In this document: piece by piece, positions 15,541 to 29,090 of the stretch
How the letters are laid out: each line of letters opens with the position of its first letter
Position numbering within the stretch: position 1 is the stretch's first letter
Assembly: GCA_964016885.1 (NCBI GenBank)
Contig: CAXHJY010000184.1
Coordinates: forward strand, 1-64,000
Direction: 5' to 3'
Origin: Eledone cirrhosa
Lineage: Eukaryota
Length of the DNA: 64,000 nt
The notes under the pieces: generated by a model
Seen by the model: only the letters and a program-made list of their open reading frames with translations
Databases searched by the model: none
Told to the model about the DNA's origin: nothing
Made by a program: the position numbers and the translations under genes

Positions 15541-18500
15541 ACTATAGTCTTTCCCAGTCACTACAAGACTATAGTCTTTCCCAATCACTACAGGACTATA
15601 GTCTTTCCCAGTCACTACAGGACTATAGTCTTTCCCAGTCACTACAGGACTATAGTCTTTCCCAATCACTACAGGACTATAGTCTTTCCCAATCACTACA
15701 GGACTATAGTCTTTCCCAGTCACTACAGGACTATAGTCTTTCCCAGTCACTACAGGACTATAGTTTTTCCCAGTCACTACAGGACTATAGTCTTTCCCAA
15801 TCACTACAAGACTGTAGTCTTTCCCAGTCACTACAGGACTATAGTCTTTCCCAGTCACTACAGGACTATAGTCTTTCCCAATCACTACAGGACTATAGAC
15901 TTTGCCAGTCACTACAGGACTATAGTCTTTCCCAGTCACTACAGGACTATAGTTTTTCCCAATCACTACAGGACTATAGTCTTCCCAGTCACTACAGGAC
16001 TATAGTCTTTCCCAGTCACTACAGGACTATAGTCTTTCCCAGTCACTACAGGACTATAGTCTTTCCCAATCACTACAAGACTATAGTCTTTCTCAGTCAC
16101 TACAGGACTACATTCTTTCCCAGTGACTACAGGACTATAGTCTTTCCCAGTCACTACAGGACTATAGTCTTTCCCAGTCACTACAGGACTATAGTCTTTC
16201 CCAATCACTACAAGACTATAGTCTTTCCCAGTCACTACAGGACTATAGTCTTTCCCAGTCACTACAGGACTATAGTCTTTCCCAGTCACTACAGGACTAT
16301 AGTCTTTCCCAGTCACTACAGGACTATAGTCTTTCCCAATCACTACAGGACTATAGTCTTTACCAGTCACTACAGGACTATAGTCTTTCCCAGTCACTAC
16401 AGGACTATAGTCTTTCCCAGTCACTACAGGACTATAGTCTTTCCCAGTCACTACAGGACTATAGTCTTTCCCAGTCACTACAGGACTACATTCTTTCCCA
16501 GTCACTACAGGACTATAGTCTTTCCCAGTCACTACAGGACTACATTCTTTCCCAGTCACTACAGGACTATAGTCTTTCCCAGTCACTACAGGACTATAGT
16601 CTTTCCCAGTCACTACAGGACTATAGTCTTTCCCAATCACTACAAGACTATAGTCTTTCCCAGTCACCACAGGACTATAGTCTTTCCCTGTCACTACAGG
16701 ACTATAGTCTTTCCCAGTCACTACAGGACTATAGTCTTTCCCAGTCACTACAGGACTATAGTCTTTCCCAGTCACTACAGGACTATAGTCTTTCCCAGTC
16801 ACTACAGGACTATAGTCTTTCCCAGTCACTACCAGACTATAGTCTTTCCCAATCACTACAGGACTATAGTCTTTCCCAGTCACTACAGGACTATAGTCTT
16901 TCCCAGTCACTACAGGACTATAGTCTTTCCCAATCACTACAGGACTATAGTTTTTCCCAATCACTACAGTACTATAGTCTTTCCCAGTCACTACAGGACT
17001 ATAGTCTTTCCCAGTCACTACAAGACTATAGCCTTTCACAATCACTACAAGACTATAGTCTTTCCCAGTCACTACAGGACTATAGTCTTTCCCAGTCACT
17101 ACAGGACTATAGTCTTTCCCAGTCACTACAAGACTATAGTCTTTCCCAATCACTACAAGACTATAGTCTTTCCCAGTCACTACAGGACTATAGTCTTTCC
17201 CAATCACTACAAGACTATAGTCTTTCCCAGTCACTACAGGACTATAGTCTTTCCCAGTCACTACAGGACTATAGTCTTTTCCAATCACTACAGGACTATA
17301 GTCTTTCCCAATCACTACAGGACTATAGTCTTTCCCAATCACAAGACTATAGTCTTTCCCAGTCACTACAGGACTATAGTCTTTCCCAATCACTACAGGA
17401 CTATAGTCTTTCCCAATCACTACAGGACTATAGTCTTTCCCAGTCACTACAGGACTATAGTCTTTCCCAGTCACTACAGGACTATAGTCTTTCCCAGTCA
17501 CTATAGGACTATAGTTTTTCCCAGTCACTACAGGACTATAGTCTTTCCCAGTCACTACAAGACTATAGTCTTTCCCAATCACTACAGGACTATAGTCTTT
17601 CCCAGTCACTACAGGACTATAGTCTTTCCCAGTCACTACAGGACTATAGTCTTTCCCAATCACTACAGGACTATAGTCTTTCCCAATCACTACAGGACTA
17701 TAGTCTTTCCCAGTCACTACAGGACTATAGTCTTTCCCAGTCACTACAGGACTATAGTTTTTCCCAGTCACTACAGGACTATAGTCTTTCCCAATCACTA
17801 CAGGACTATAGTCTTTCCCAGTCACTACAGGACTATAGTCTTTCCCAATCACTACAGGACTATAGTCTTTGCCAGTCACTACAGGACTATAGTCTTTCCC
17901 AGTCACTACAGGACTATAGTCTTTCCCAATCACTACAGGACTATAGTCTTTCCCAGTCACTACAGGACTATAGTCTTTCCCAGTCACTACAGGACTATAG
18001 TCTTTCCCAGTCACTACAGGACTATAGTCTTTCCCAGTCACTACAGGACTATAGTCTTTCCCAATCACTACAAGACTATAGTCTTTCTCAGTCACTACAG
18101 GACTACATTCTTTCCCAGTGACTACAGGACTATAGTCTTTCCCAGTCACTACAGGGCTATAGTCTTTCCCAGTCACTACAGGACTATAGTCTTTCCCAAT
18201 CACTACAAGACTATAGTCTTTCCCAGTCACTACAGGACTATAGTCTTTCCAAGTCACTACAGGACTATAGTCTTTCCCAGTCACTACAGGACTATAGTCT
18301 TTCCCAGTCACTACAGGACTATAGTCTTTCCCAGTCACTACAGGACTATAGTCTTTCCCAGTCACTAGAGGACTATAGTCTTTCCCAATCACTACAGGAC
18401 TATAGTCTTTCCCAGTCACTACAGGACTATAGTCTTTCCCAGTCACTACAGGACTATAGTCTTTCCCAGTCACTACAGGACTATAGTCTTTCCCAGTCAC

Positions 18501-21379
18501 TACAGGACTATAGTCTTTCCCAATCACTACAGGACTATAGTTTTTCCCAGTCACTACAGGACTATAGTCTTTCCCAGTCACTACAGGACTATAGTCTTTC
18601 CCAGTCACTACAGGACTATAGGCTTTCCCAATCACTACAGGACTATAGTCTTTCCCAGTCACTACAGGACTATAGTCTTTCCCAGTCACTACAGGACTAT
18701 AGTCTTTCCCAGTCAATACAGGACTATAGTCTTTCCCAATCACTACAGGACTATAGTCTTTCCCAGTCACCACAGGACTATAGTCTTTTCCAGTCACTAC
18801 AGGACTATAGTCTTTCCCAGTCACTACAGGACTATAATCTTTCCCAGTCACTACAGGACTATAGCCTTTCCCAGTCACTACAGGACTATAGTCTTTCCCA
18901 GTCACTACAGGACTATAGTCTTTCCCAATCACTACAGGACTATAGTCTTTCCCAATCACTACAGGACTATAGTCTTTCCCAGTCACTACAGGACTATAGT
19001 CTTTCCCAGTCACTACAGGACTATAATCTTTCCCAGTCACTACAGGACTATAGCCTTTCCCAGTCACTACAGGACTATAGTCTTTCCCAGTCACTACAGG
19101 ACTATAGTCTTTCCCAATCACTACAGGACTATAGTCTTTCCCAATCACTACAGGACTATAGTCTTTCCCAGTCACTACAGGACTATAGTCTTTCCCAGTC
19201 ACTACAAGACTATAGTCTTTCCCAATCACTACAAGACTATAGTCTTTCCCAGTCACTACAGGACTATAGTCTTTCCCAGTCACTACAGGACTATAGTCTT
19301 TCCCAGTCACTACAGGACTATAGTCTTTCCCAGTCAGTACAAGACTATAGTCTTTCCCAGTCACTACAAGACTATAGTCTTTCCCAGTCACTACAGGACT
19401 ATAGTCTTTCCCAGTCACTACAGGACTATAGTCTTTCCCAGTCACTACAGGACTATAGTCTTTCCCAGTCACTACAGGACTATAGTCTTTCCCAATCACT
19501 ACAGGACTATAGTCTTTCCCAGTCACTACAGGACTATAGTCTTTCTCACTCACTACAGGACTATAGTCTTTCCCAGTCACTACAGGACTATAGTCTTTCC
19601 CAGTCACTACAGGACTACATTCTTTCCCAGTCACTACAGGACTATAGTCTTTCCCAGTCACTACAGGACTACATTCTTTCCCAGTGACTACAGGACTATA
19701 GTCTTTCCCAGTCACTACAGGACTATAGTCTTTCCCAGTCACTACAGGACTATAGTCTTTCCCAATCACTACAGGACTATAGTCTTTCCCAGTCACCACA
19801 GGACTATAGTCTTTCCCAGTCACTACAGGACTATAGTCTTTCCCAGTCACTACAGGACTATAGTCTTTCCCAGTCACTACAGGACTATAGTCTTTCCCAG
19901 TCACTACAGGACTATAGTCTTTCCCAGTCACTACAGGACTATAGTCTTTCCCAATCACTACAGGACTATAGTCTTTCCCAATCACTACAGGACTATAGTC
20001 TTTCCCAGTCACTACAGGACTATAGTCTTTCCCAGTCACTACAAGACTATAGTCTTTCCCAATCACTACAAGACTATAGTCTTTCCCAGTCACTACAGGA
20101 CTATAGTCTTTCCCAGTCACTACAGGACTATAGTCTTTCCCAGTCACTACAGGACTATAGTCTTTCCCAGTCACTACAAGACCATAGTCTTTCCCAATCA
20201 CTACAAGACTATAGTCTTTCCCAGTCACTACAGGACTATAGTCTTTCCTAATCTCTACAAGACTATAGTCTTTTCCAGTCACTACAGGACTATAGTCTTT
20301 CCCAATCACTACAGGACTATAGTCTTTCCCAGTCACTACAGGACTATAGTCTTTCCCAGTCACTACAGGACTATAGTCTTTCCCAGTCACTACAGGACTA
20401 TAGTCTATCCCAGTCACTACAAGACTATAGTCTTTACCAATCACTACAGGACTATAGTCTTTCCCAGTCACTACAGGACTATAGTCTTTCCCAGTCACTA
20501 CAGGACGATAGTCTTTCCCAATCACTACAGGACTATAGTCTTTCCCAATCACTACAGGACTATAGTCTTTCCCAGTCACTACAGGACTATAGTCTTTCCC
20601 AGTCACTACAAGACTATAGTCTTTCCCAATCACTACAAGACTAAAGTCTTTCCCAGTCACTACAGGACTATAGTCTTTCCCTGACACTACAGGACTATAG
20701 TCTTTCCCAGTCACTACAGGTCTATAGTTTTTCCCAGTCACTACAAGACTATAGTCTTTCCCAATCACTACAAGACTATAGTCTTTCCCAGTCACTACAG
20801 GACTATAGTCTTTCCCAATCACTACAAGACTATAGTCTTTCCCAGTCACTACAGGACTATAGTCTTTCCCAGTCACTACAGGACTATAGTCTTTCCCAGT
20901 CACTACAGGACTATAGTCTTTCCCAGTCACTACAGGACTATAGTCTTTCCCAGTCACTTCAGGACTATAGTCTTTCCCAATCACTACAGGACTATAGTCT
21001 TTCCCAGTCACTCCAGGACTATAGTCTTTCCCAGTCACTACAGGACTATAGATTTTCCCAGTCACTAGAGGACTATAGTCTTTCCCAATCACTACAGGAC
21101 TATAGTCTTTCCCAGTCACTACAGGACTATAGTCTTTCCCAGTCACTACAGGACTATAGTCTTTCCCAGTCACTACAAGACTATAGTCTTTCCCAATCAC
21201 TACAAGACTATAGTCTTTCCCAGTCACTACAGGACTATAGTCTTTCCCAGTCACTACAGGACTATAGTCTTTCACAGTCACTACAGGACCATAGTTTTTC
21301 CCAGTCACTACAAGACTATAGTCTTTCCCAATCACTACCAGACTATAGTCTTTCCCAGTCACTACAGGACTAAAGTCTT

Positions 21380-24300
21380 TCCCAATCACTACAAGACTAT
21401 AGTCTTTCCCAGTCACTACAGGACTATTGTCTTTCCCAGTCACTACAGGACTATAGTCTTTCCCAGTCACTACAAGACTATAGTCTTTCCCAATCACTAC
21501 AGGACTATAGTCTTTCCCAGTCACTACAGGACTATAGTCTTTCCCAGTCACTACAGGACTATAGTCTTTCCCATTCACTACAGGACTATAGTCTTTCCCA
21601 ATCATTACAGGACTATAGTCTTTCCCAGTCACTACAGGACTATAGTCTTTCCCAGTCACTACAAAACTATAGTCTTTCCCAGTCACTACAGGACTATAGT
21701 CTTTCCCAGTCACTACAGGACTATAGTCTTTCCCAGTCACTACAGGACTATAGTTTTTCCCAGTCACTACAGGACTATAGTCTTTCCCAGTCACTACAGG
21801 ACTATAGTCTTTCCCAATCACTACAGGACTATAGTCTTTCCCAGTCACTACAGGACTATAGTCTTTCCAGTCACTACAGGACTATAGTCTTTCCCAATCA
21901 CTACAGGACTATAGTCTTTCCCAATCACTACAGGACTATAGTCTTTCCCAATCACTACAGGACTATAGACTTTCCCAATCACTACAGGACTATAGTCTTT
22001 CCCAGTCACCACAGGACTATAGTCTTTCCCAGTCACCACAGGACTATAGTCTTTCCCAATCACTACAAGACTATAGTCTTTCCCAGTCACCACAGGACTA
22101 TAGTCTTTCCCAGTCACTACAGGACTATAGTCTTTCCCAATCACTACAGGACTATAGTCTTTCCCAGTCACCACAGGACTATAGTCTTTCCCAGTCACTA
22201 CAGGACTATAGTCTTTCCCAGTCACTACAGGACTATAGTCTTTCCCAGTCACTACAGGACTATAGTCTTTCCCAGTCACTACAGGACTATAGTCTTTCCC
22301 AGTCACCACAGGACTATAGTCTTTCCCAGTCACTACAGGACTATAGTCTTTCCCAATCACTACAGGACTATAGTCTTTCCCAGTCACTACAGGACTATAG
22401 ACTTTCCCAGTCACTACAGGACTATAGTCTTTCACAGTCACTACAGGACTATAGTCTTTCCCAGTCACTACAGGACTATAGTCTTTCCCAGTCACTACAG
22501 GACTATAGTCTTTCCCAGTCACTACAGGACTATAGTCTTTCCCAATCACCACAGGACCATAGTCTTTCCCAGTCACTACAGGACTATAGTCTTTCCCAGT
22601 CACTACAGGACTATAGTCTTTCCCAATCACTACAGGACTATAGTCTTTCCCAGTCACTACAGGACTATAGTCTTTCCCAGTCACTACAGGACTATAGTCT
22701 TTCCCAATCACTACAGGACTATAGTCTTTCCCAGTCACTACAGGACTATAGTCTTTCCCAATCAGTACAAGACTATAGTCTTTCCCAGTCACTACAAGAC
22801 TATAGTCTTTCCCAGTCACTACAGGACTATAGTCTTTCCCAATCAGTAAAAGACTATAGTCTTTCTCAATCACTACAGGACTATAGTCTTTCCCAGTCAC
22901 TACAGGACTATAGTCTTTCCCAATCACTACAGGACTATAGTCTTTCCCAGTCACTACAGGACTATAGTCTTTCCCAATCACTACAGGACTATAGTCTTTC
23001 CCAGTCACTACAGGACTATAGTCTTTCCCAGTCACTACAGGACTACATTCTTTCCCAGTCACTACAGGACTATAGTCTTTCCCAGTCACTACAGGACTAC
23101 ATTCTTTCCCAGTCACTACAGGACTATAGTCTTTCCCAGTCACTACAGGACTATAGTCTTTCCCAGTCACTACAGGACTATAGTCTTTCCCAATCACTAC
23201 AGGACTATAGTCTTTCCCAGTCACCACAGGACTATAGTCTTTCCCTGTCACTACCGGACTATAGTCTTTCCCAGTCACTACAGGACTATAGTCTTTCCCA
23301 GTCACTACAGGACTATAGTTTTTCCCAGTCACTACAGGACTATAGTCTTTCCCAGTCACTACAGGACTATAGTCTTTCCCAGTCACTACAAGACTATAGT
23401 CTTTCCCAATCACTACAGGACTATAGTCTTTCCCAGTCACTACAGGACTATAGTCTTTCCCAGTCACTACAGGACTATAGTCTTTCCCAATCACTACAGG
23501 ACTATAGTCTTTCCCAATCACTACAGGACTATAGTCTTTCCCAGTCACTACAGGACTATAGTCTTTCCCAGTCACTACAAGACTATAGTCTTTCCCAATC
23601 ACTACAAGACTATAGTCTTTCCCAGTCACTACAGGACTATAGTCTTTCCCAGTTACTACAGGACTATAGTCTTTCCCAGTCACTACAAGACTATAGTCTT
23701 TCCCAATCACTACAAGACTATAGTCTTTCCCAGTCACTACAGGACTATAGTCTTTCCCAATCACTACAAGACTATAGTCTTTCCCAGTCACTACAGGACT
23801 ATAGTCTTTCCCAGTCACTACAGGACTATAGTCTTTCCCAATCACTACATGACTATAGACTTTCCCAATCACTACAGGACTATAGTCTTTCCCAGTCACT
23901 ACAGGACTATAGTCTTTCCCAGTCACTACAGGACTATAGTCTTTCCCAGTCACTACAGGACTATAGTTTTTCCCAGTCACTACAGGACTATAGTCTTTCC
24001 CAGTCACTACAAGAGTATAGTCTTTCCCAATCACTACAGGACTATAGTCTTTCCCAGTCACTACAGGACTATAGTCTTTCCCAGTCACTACAGGACTATA
24101 GTCTTTCCCAATCACTACAGGACTATAGTCTTTCCCAATCACTACAGGACTATAGTCTTTCCCAGTCACTACAGGACTATAGTCTTTCCCAGTCACTACA
24201 GGACTATAGTTTTTCCCAGTCACTACAGGACTATAGTCTTTCCCAATCACTACAAGACTGTAGTCTTTCCCAGTCACTACAGGACTATAGTCTTTCCCAG

Positions 24301-27300
24301 TCACTACAGGACTATAGTCTTTCCCAATCACTACAGGACTATAGTCTTTGCCAGTCACTACAGGACTATAGTCTTTCCCAGTCACTACAGGACTATAGTC
24401 TTTCCCAATCACTACAGGACTATAGTCTTTCCCAGTCACTACAGGACTATAGTCTTTCCCAGTCACTACAGGACTATAGTCTTTCCCAGTCACTACAGGA
24501 CTATAGTCTTTCCCAGTCACTATAGGACTATAGTCTTTCCCAATCACTACAAGACTATAGTCTTTCTCAGTCACTACAGGACTACATTCTTTCCCAGTGA
24601 CTACAGGACTATAGTCTTTCCCAGTCACTACAGGACGATAGTCTTTCCCAGTCACTACAGGACTATAGTCTTTCCCAATCACTACAAGACTATAGTCTTT
24701 CCCAGTCACTACAGGACTATAGTCTTTCCCAGTCACTACAGGACTATAGTCTTTCCCAGTCACTACAGGACTATAGTCTTTCCCAGTCACTACAGGACTA
24801 TAGTCTTTCCCAGTCACTACAGGACTATAGTCTTTCCCAGTCACTACAGGACTATAGTCTTTCCCAATCACTACAAGACTATAGTCTTTCCCAGTCACTA
24901 CAGGACTATTGTCTTTCCCAGTCACTACAGGACTATAGTCTTTCCCAGTCACTACAAGACTATAGTCTTTCCCAATCACTACAGGACTATAGTCTTTCCC
25001 AGTCACTACAGGACTATAGTCTTTCCCAGTCACTACAGGACTATAGTCTTTCCCATTCACTACAGGACTATAGTCTTTCCCAATCATTACAGGACTATAG
25101 TCTTTCCCAGTCACTACAAGACTATAGTCTTTCCCAGTCACTACAAAACTATAGTCTTTCCCAGTCACTACAGGACTATAGTCTTTCCCAGTCACTACAG
25201 GACTATAGTCTTTCCCAGTCACTACAGGACTATAGTTTTTCCCAGTCACTACAGGACTATAGTCTTTCCCAGTCACTACAGGACTATAGTCTTTCCCAAT
25301 CACTACAGGACTATAGTCTTTCCCAGTCACTACAGGACTATAGTCTTTCCAGTCACTACAGGACTATAGTCTTTCCCAATCACTACAGGACTATAGTCTT
25401 TCCCAATCACTACAGGACTATAGTCTTTCCCAATCACTACAGGACTATAGACTTTCCCAATCACTACAGGACTATAGTCTTTCCCAGTCACCACAGGACT
25501 ATAGTCTTTCCCAGTCACCACAGGACTATAGTCTTTCCCAATCACTACAAGACTATAGTCTTTCCCAGTCACCACAGGACTATAGTCTTTCCCAGTCACT
25601 ACAGGACTATAGTCTTTCCCAATCACTACAGGACTATAGTCTTTCCCAGTCACCACAGGACTATAGTCTTTCCCAGTCACTACAGGACTATAGTCTTTCC
25701 CAGTCACTACAGGACTATAGTCTTTCCCAGTCACTACAGGACTATAGTCTTTCCCAGTCACTACAGGACTATAGTCTTTCCCAGTCACCACAGGACTATA
25801 GTCTTTCCCAGTCACTACAGGACTATAGTCTTTCCCAATCACTACAGGACTATAGTCTTTCCCAGTCACTACAGGACTATAGACTTTCCCAGTCACTACA
25901 GGACTATAGTCTTTCACAGTCACTACAGGACTATAGTCTTTCCCAGTCACTACAGGACTATAGTCTTTCCCAGTCACTACAGGACTATAGTCTTTCCCAG
26001 TCACTACAGGACTATAGTCTTTCCCAATCACCACAGGACCATAGTCTTTCCCAGTCACTACAGGACTATAGTCTTTCCCAGTCACTACAGGACTATAGTC
26101 TTTCCCAATCACTACAGGACTATAGTCTTTCCCAGTCACTACAGGACTATAGTCTTTCCCAGTCACTACAGGACTATAGTCTTTCCCAATCACTACAGGA
26201 CTATAGTCTTTCCCAGTCACTACAGGACTATAGTCTTTCCCAATCAGTACAAGACTATAGTCTTTCCCAGTCACTACAAGACTATAGTCTTTCCCAGTCA
26301 CTACAGGACTATAGTCTTTCCCAATCAGTAAAAGACTATAGTCTTTCTCAATCACTACAGGACTATAGTCTTTCCCAGTCACTACAGGACTATAGTCTTT
26401 CCCAATCACTACAGGACTATAGTCTTTCCCAGTCACTACAGGACTATAGTCTTTCCCAATCACTACAGGACTATAGTCTTTCCCAGTCACTACAGGACTA
26501 TAGTCTTTCCCAGTCACTACAGGACTACATTCTTTCCCAGTCACTACAGGACTATAGTCTTTCCCAGTCACTACAGGACTACATTCTTTCCCAGTCACTA
26601 CAGGACTATAGTCTTTCCCAGTCACTACAGGACTATAGTCTTTCCCAGTCACTACAGGACTATAGTCTTTCCCAATCACTACAGGACTATAGTCTTTCCC
26701 AGTCACCACAGGACTATAGTCTTTCCCTGTCACTACCGGACTATAGTCTTTCCCAGTCACTACAGGACTATAGTCTTTCCCAGTCACTACAGGACTATAG
26801 TTTTTCCCAGTCACTACAGGACTATAGTCTTTCCCAGTCACTACAGGACTATAGTCTTTCCCAGTCACTACAAGACTATAGTCTTTCCCAATCACTACAG
26901 GACTATAGTCTTTCCCAGTCACTACAGGACTATAGTCTTTCCCAGTCACTACAGGACTATAGTCTTTCCCAATCACTACAGGACTATAGTCTTTCCCAAT
27001 CACTACAGGACTATAGTCTTTACCAGTCACTACAGGACTATAGTCTTTCCCAGTCACTACAAGACTATAGTCTTTCCCAATCACTACAAGACTATAGTCT
27101 TTCCCAGTCACTACAGGACTATAGTCTTTCCCAGTTACTACAGGACTATAGTCTTTCCCAGTCACTACAAGACTATAGTCTTTCCCAATCACTACAAGAC
27201 TATAGTCTTTCCCAGTCACTACAGGACTATAGTCTTTCCCAATCACTACAAGACTATAGTCTTTCCCAGTCACTACAGGACTATAGTCTTTCCCAGTCAC

Positions 27301-27950
27301 TACAGGACTATAGTCTTTCCCAATCACTACATGACTATAGACTTTCCCAATCACTACAGGACTATAGTCTTTCCCAGTCACTACAGGACTATAGTCTTTC
27401 CCAGTCACTACAGGACTATAGTCTTTCCCAGTCACTACAGGACTATAGTTTTTCCCAGTCACTACAGGACTATAGTCTTTCCCAGTCACTACAAGAGTAT
27501 AGTCTTTCCCAATCACTACAGGACTATAGTCTTTCCCAGTCACTACAGGACTATAGTCTTTCCCAGTCACTACAGGACTATAGTCTTTCCCAATCACTAC
27601 AGGACTATAGTCTTTCCCAATCACTACAGGACTATAGTCTTTCCCAGTCACTACAGGACTATAGTCTTTCCCAGTCACTACAGGACTATAGTTTTTCCCA
27701 GTCACTACAGGACTATAGTCTTTCCCAATCACTACAAGACTGTAGTCTTTCCCAGTCACTACAGGACTATAGTCTTTCCCAGTCACTACAGGACTATAGT
27801 CTTTCCCAATCACTACAGGACTATAGTCTTTGCCAGTCACTACAGGACTATAGTCTTTCCCAGTCACTACAGGACTATAGTCTTTCCCAATCACTACAGG
27901 ACTATAGTCTTTCCCAGTCACTACAGGACTATAGTCTTTCCCAGTCACTA
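21380..27950. repeat. Tandem higher-order duplication, period 3482 bp (129 monomers minus 1 bp); boundaries approximate
   Basis: ORF ends 21848/25330 and ORF starts 23849/27331 are both offset by 3482. Both copies share a 1-bp deletion (tttccag) and the variants gactattgt, caaaact, cagtaaaag, taccgga, aagagtat. Confidence 0.92.
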
Positions 27951-27959
27951 CAGGACTAT

Positions 27960-29090
27960 AGTCTTTCCCAGTCACTATAGGACTATAGTCTTTCCCAATC
28001 ACTACAAGACTATAGTCTTTCTCAGTCACTACAGGACTACATTCTTTCCCAGTGACTACAGGACTATAGTCTTTCCCAGTCACTACAGGACGATAGTCTT
28101 TCCCAGTCACTACAGGACTATAGTCTTTCCCAATCACTACAAGACTATAGTCTTTCCCAGTCACTACAGGACTATAGTCTTTCCCAGTCACTACAGGACT
28201 ATAGTCTTTCCCAGTCACTACAGGACTATAGTCTTTCCCAGTCACTACAGGACTATAGTCTTTCCCAATCACTACAGGACTATAGTCTTTCCCAGTCACT
28301 ACAGGACTATAGTCTTTCCCAGTCACTACAGGACTATAGTCTTTCCCAGTCACTACAGGACTATAGTCTTTCCCAGTCACTACAGGACTATAGTCTTTCC
28401 CAGTAACTACAGGACTACATTCTTTCCCAGTCACTACAGGACTATAGTCTTTCCCAGTCACTACAGGACTACATTCTTTCCCAGTCACTACAGGACTATA
28501 GTCTTTCCCAGTCACTACAGGACTATAGTCTTTCCCAGTCACTATAGGACTATAGTCTTTCCCAATCACTACAAGACTATAGTCTTTCTCAGTCACTACA
28601 GGACTACATTCTTTCCCAGTGACTACAGGACTATAGTCTTTCCCAGTCACTACAGGACGATAGTCTTTCCCAGTCACTACAGGACTATAGTCTTTCCCAA
28701 TCACTACAAGACTATAGTCTTTCCCAGTCACTACAGGACTATAGTCTTTCCCAGTCACTACAGGACTATAGTCTTTCCCAGTCACTACAGGACTATAGTC
28801 TTTCCCAGTCACTACAGGACTATAGTCTTTCCCAATCACTACAGGACTATAGTCTTTCCCAGTCACTACAGGACTATAGTCTTTCCCAGTCACTACAGGA
28901 CTATAGTCTTTCCCAGTCACTACAGGACTATAGTCTTTCCCAGTCACTACAGGACTATAGTCTTTCCCAGTAACTACAGGACTACATTCTTTCCCAGTCA
29001 CTACAGGACTATAGTCTTTCCCAGTCACTACAGGACTACATTCTTTCCCAGTCACTACAGGACTATAGTCTTTCCCAGTCACTACAGGAC
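27960..29090. repeat. Tandem duplication of 567 bp (21 monomers)
   Basis: The cactatagg, tctcag, gtgac, ggacgat and agtaac variants occur twice in the same order, 567 bp apart (agtaac near 28402 and 28969). Confidence 0.88.
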
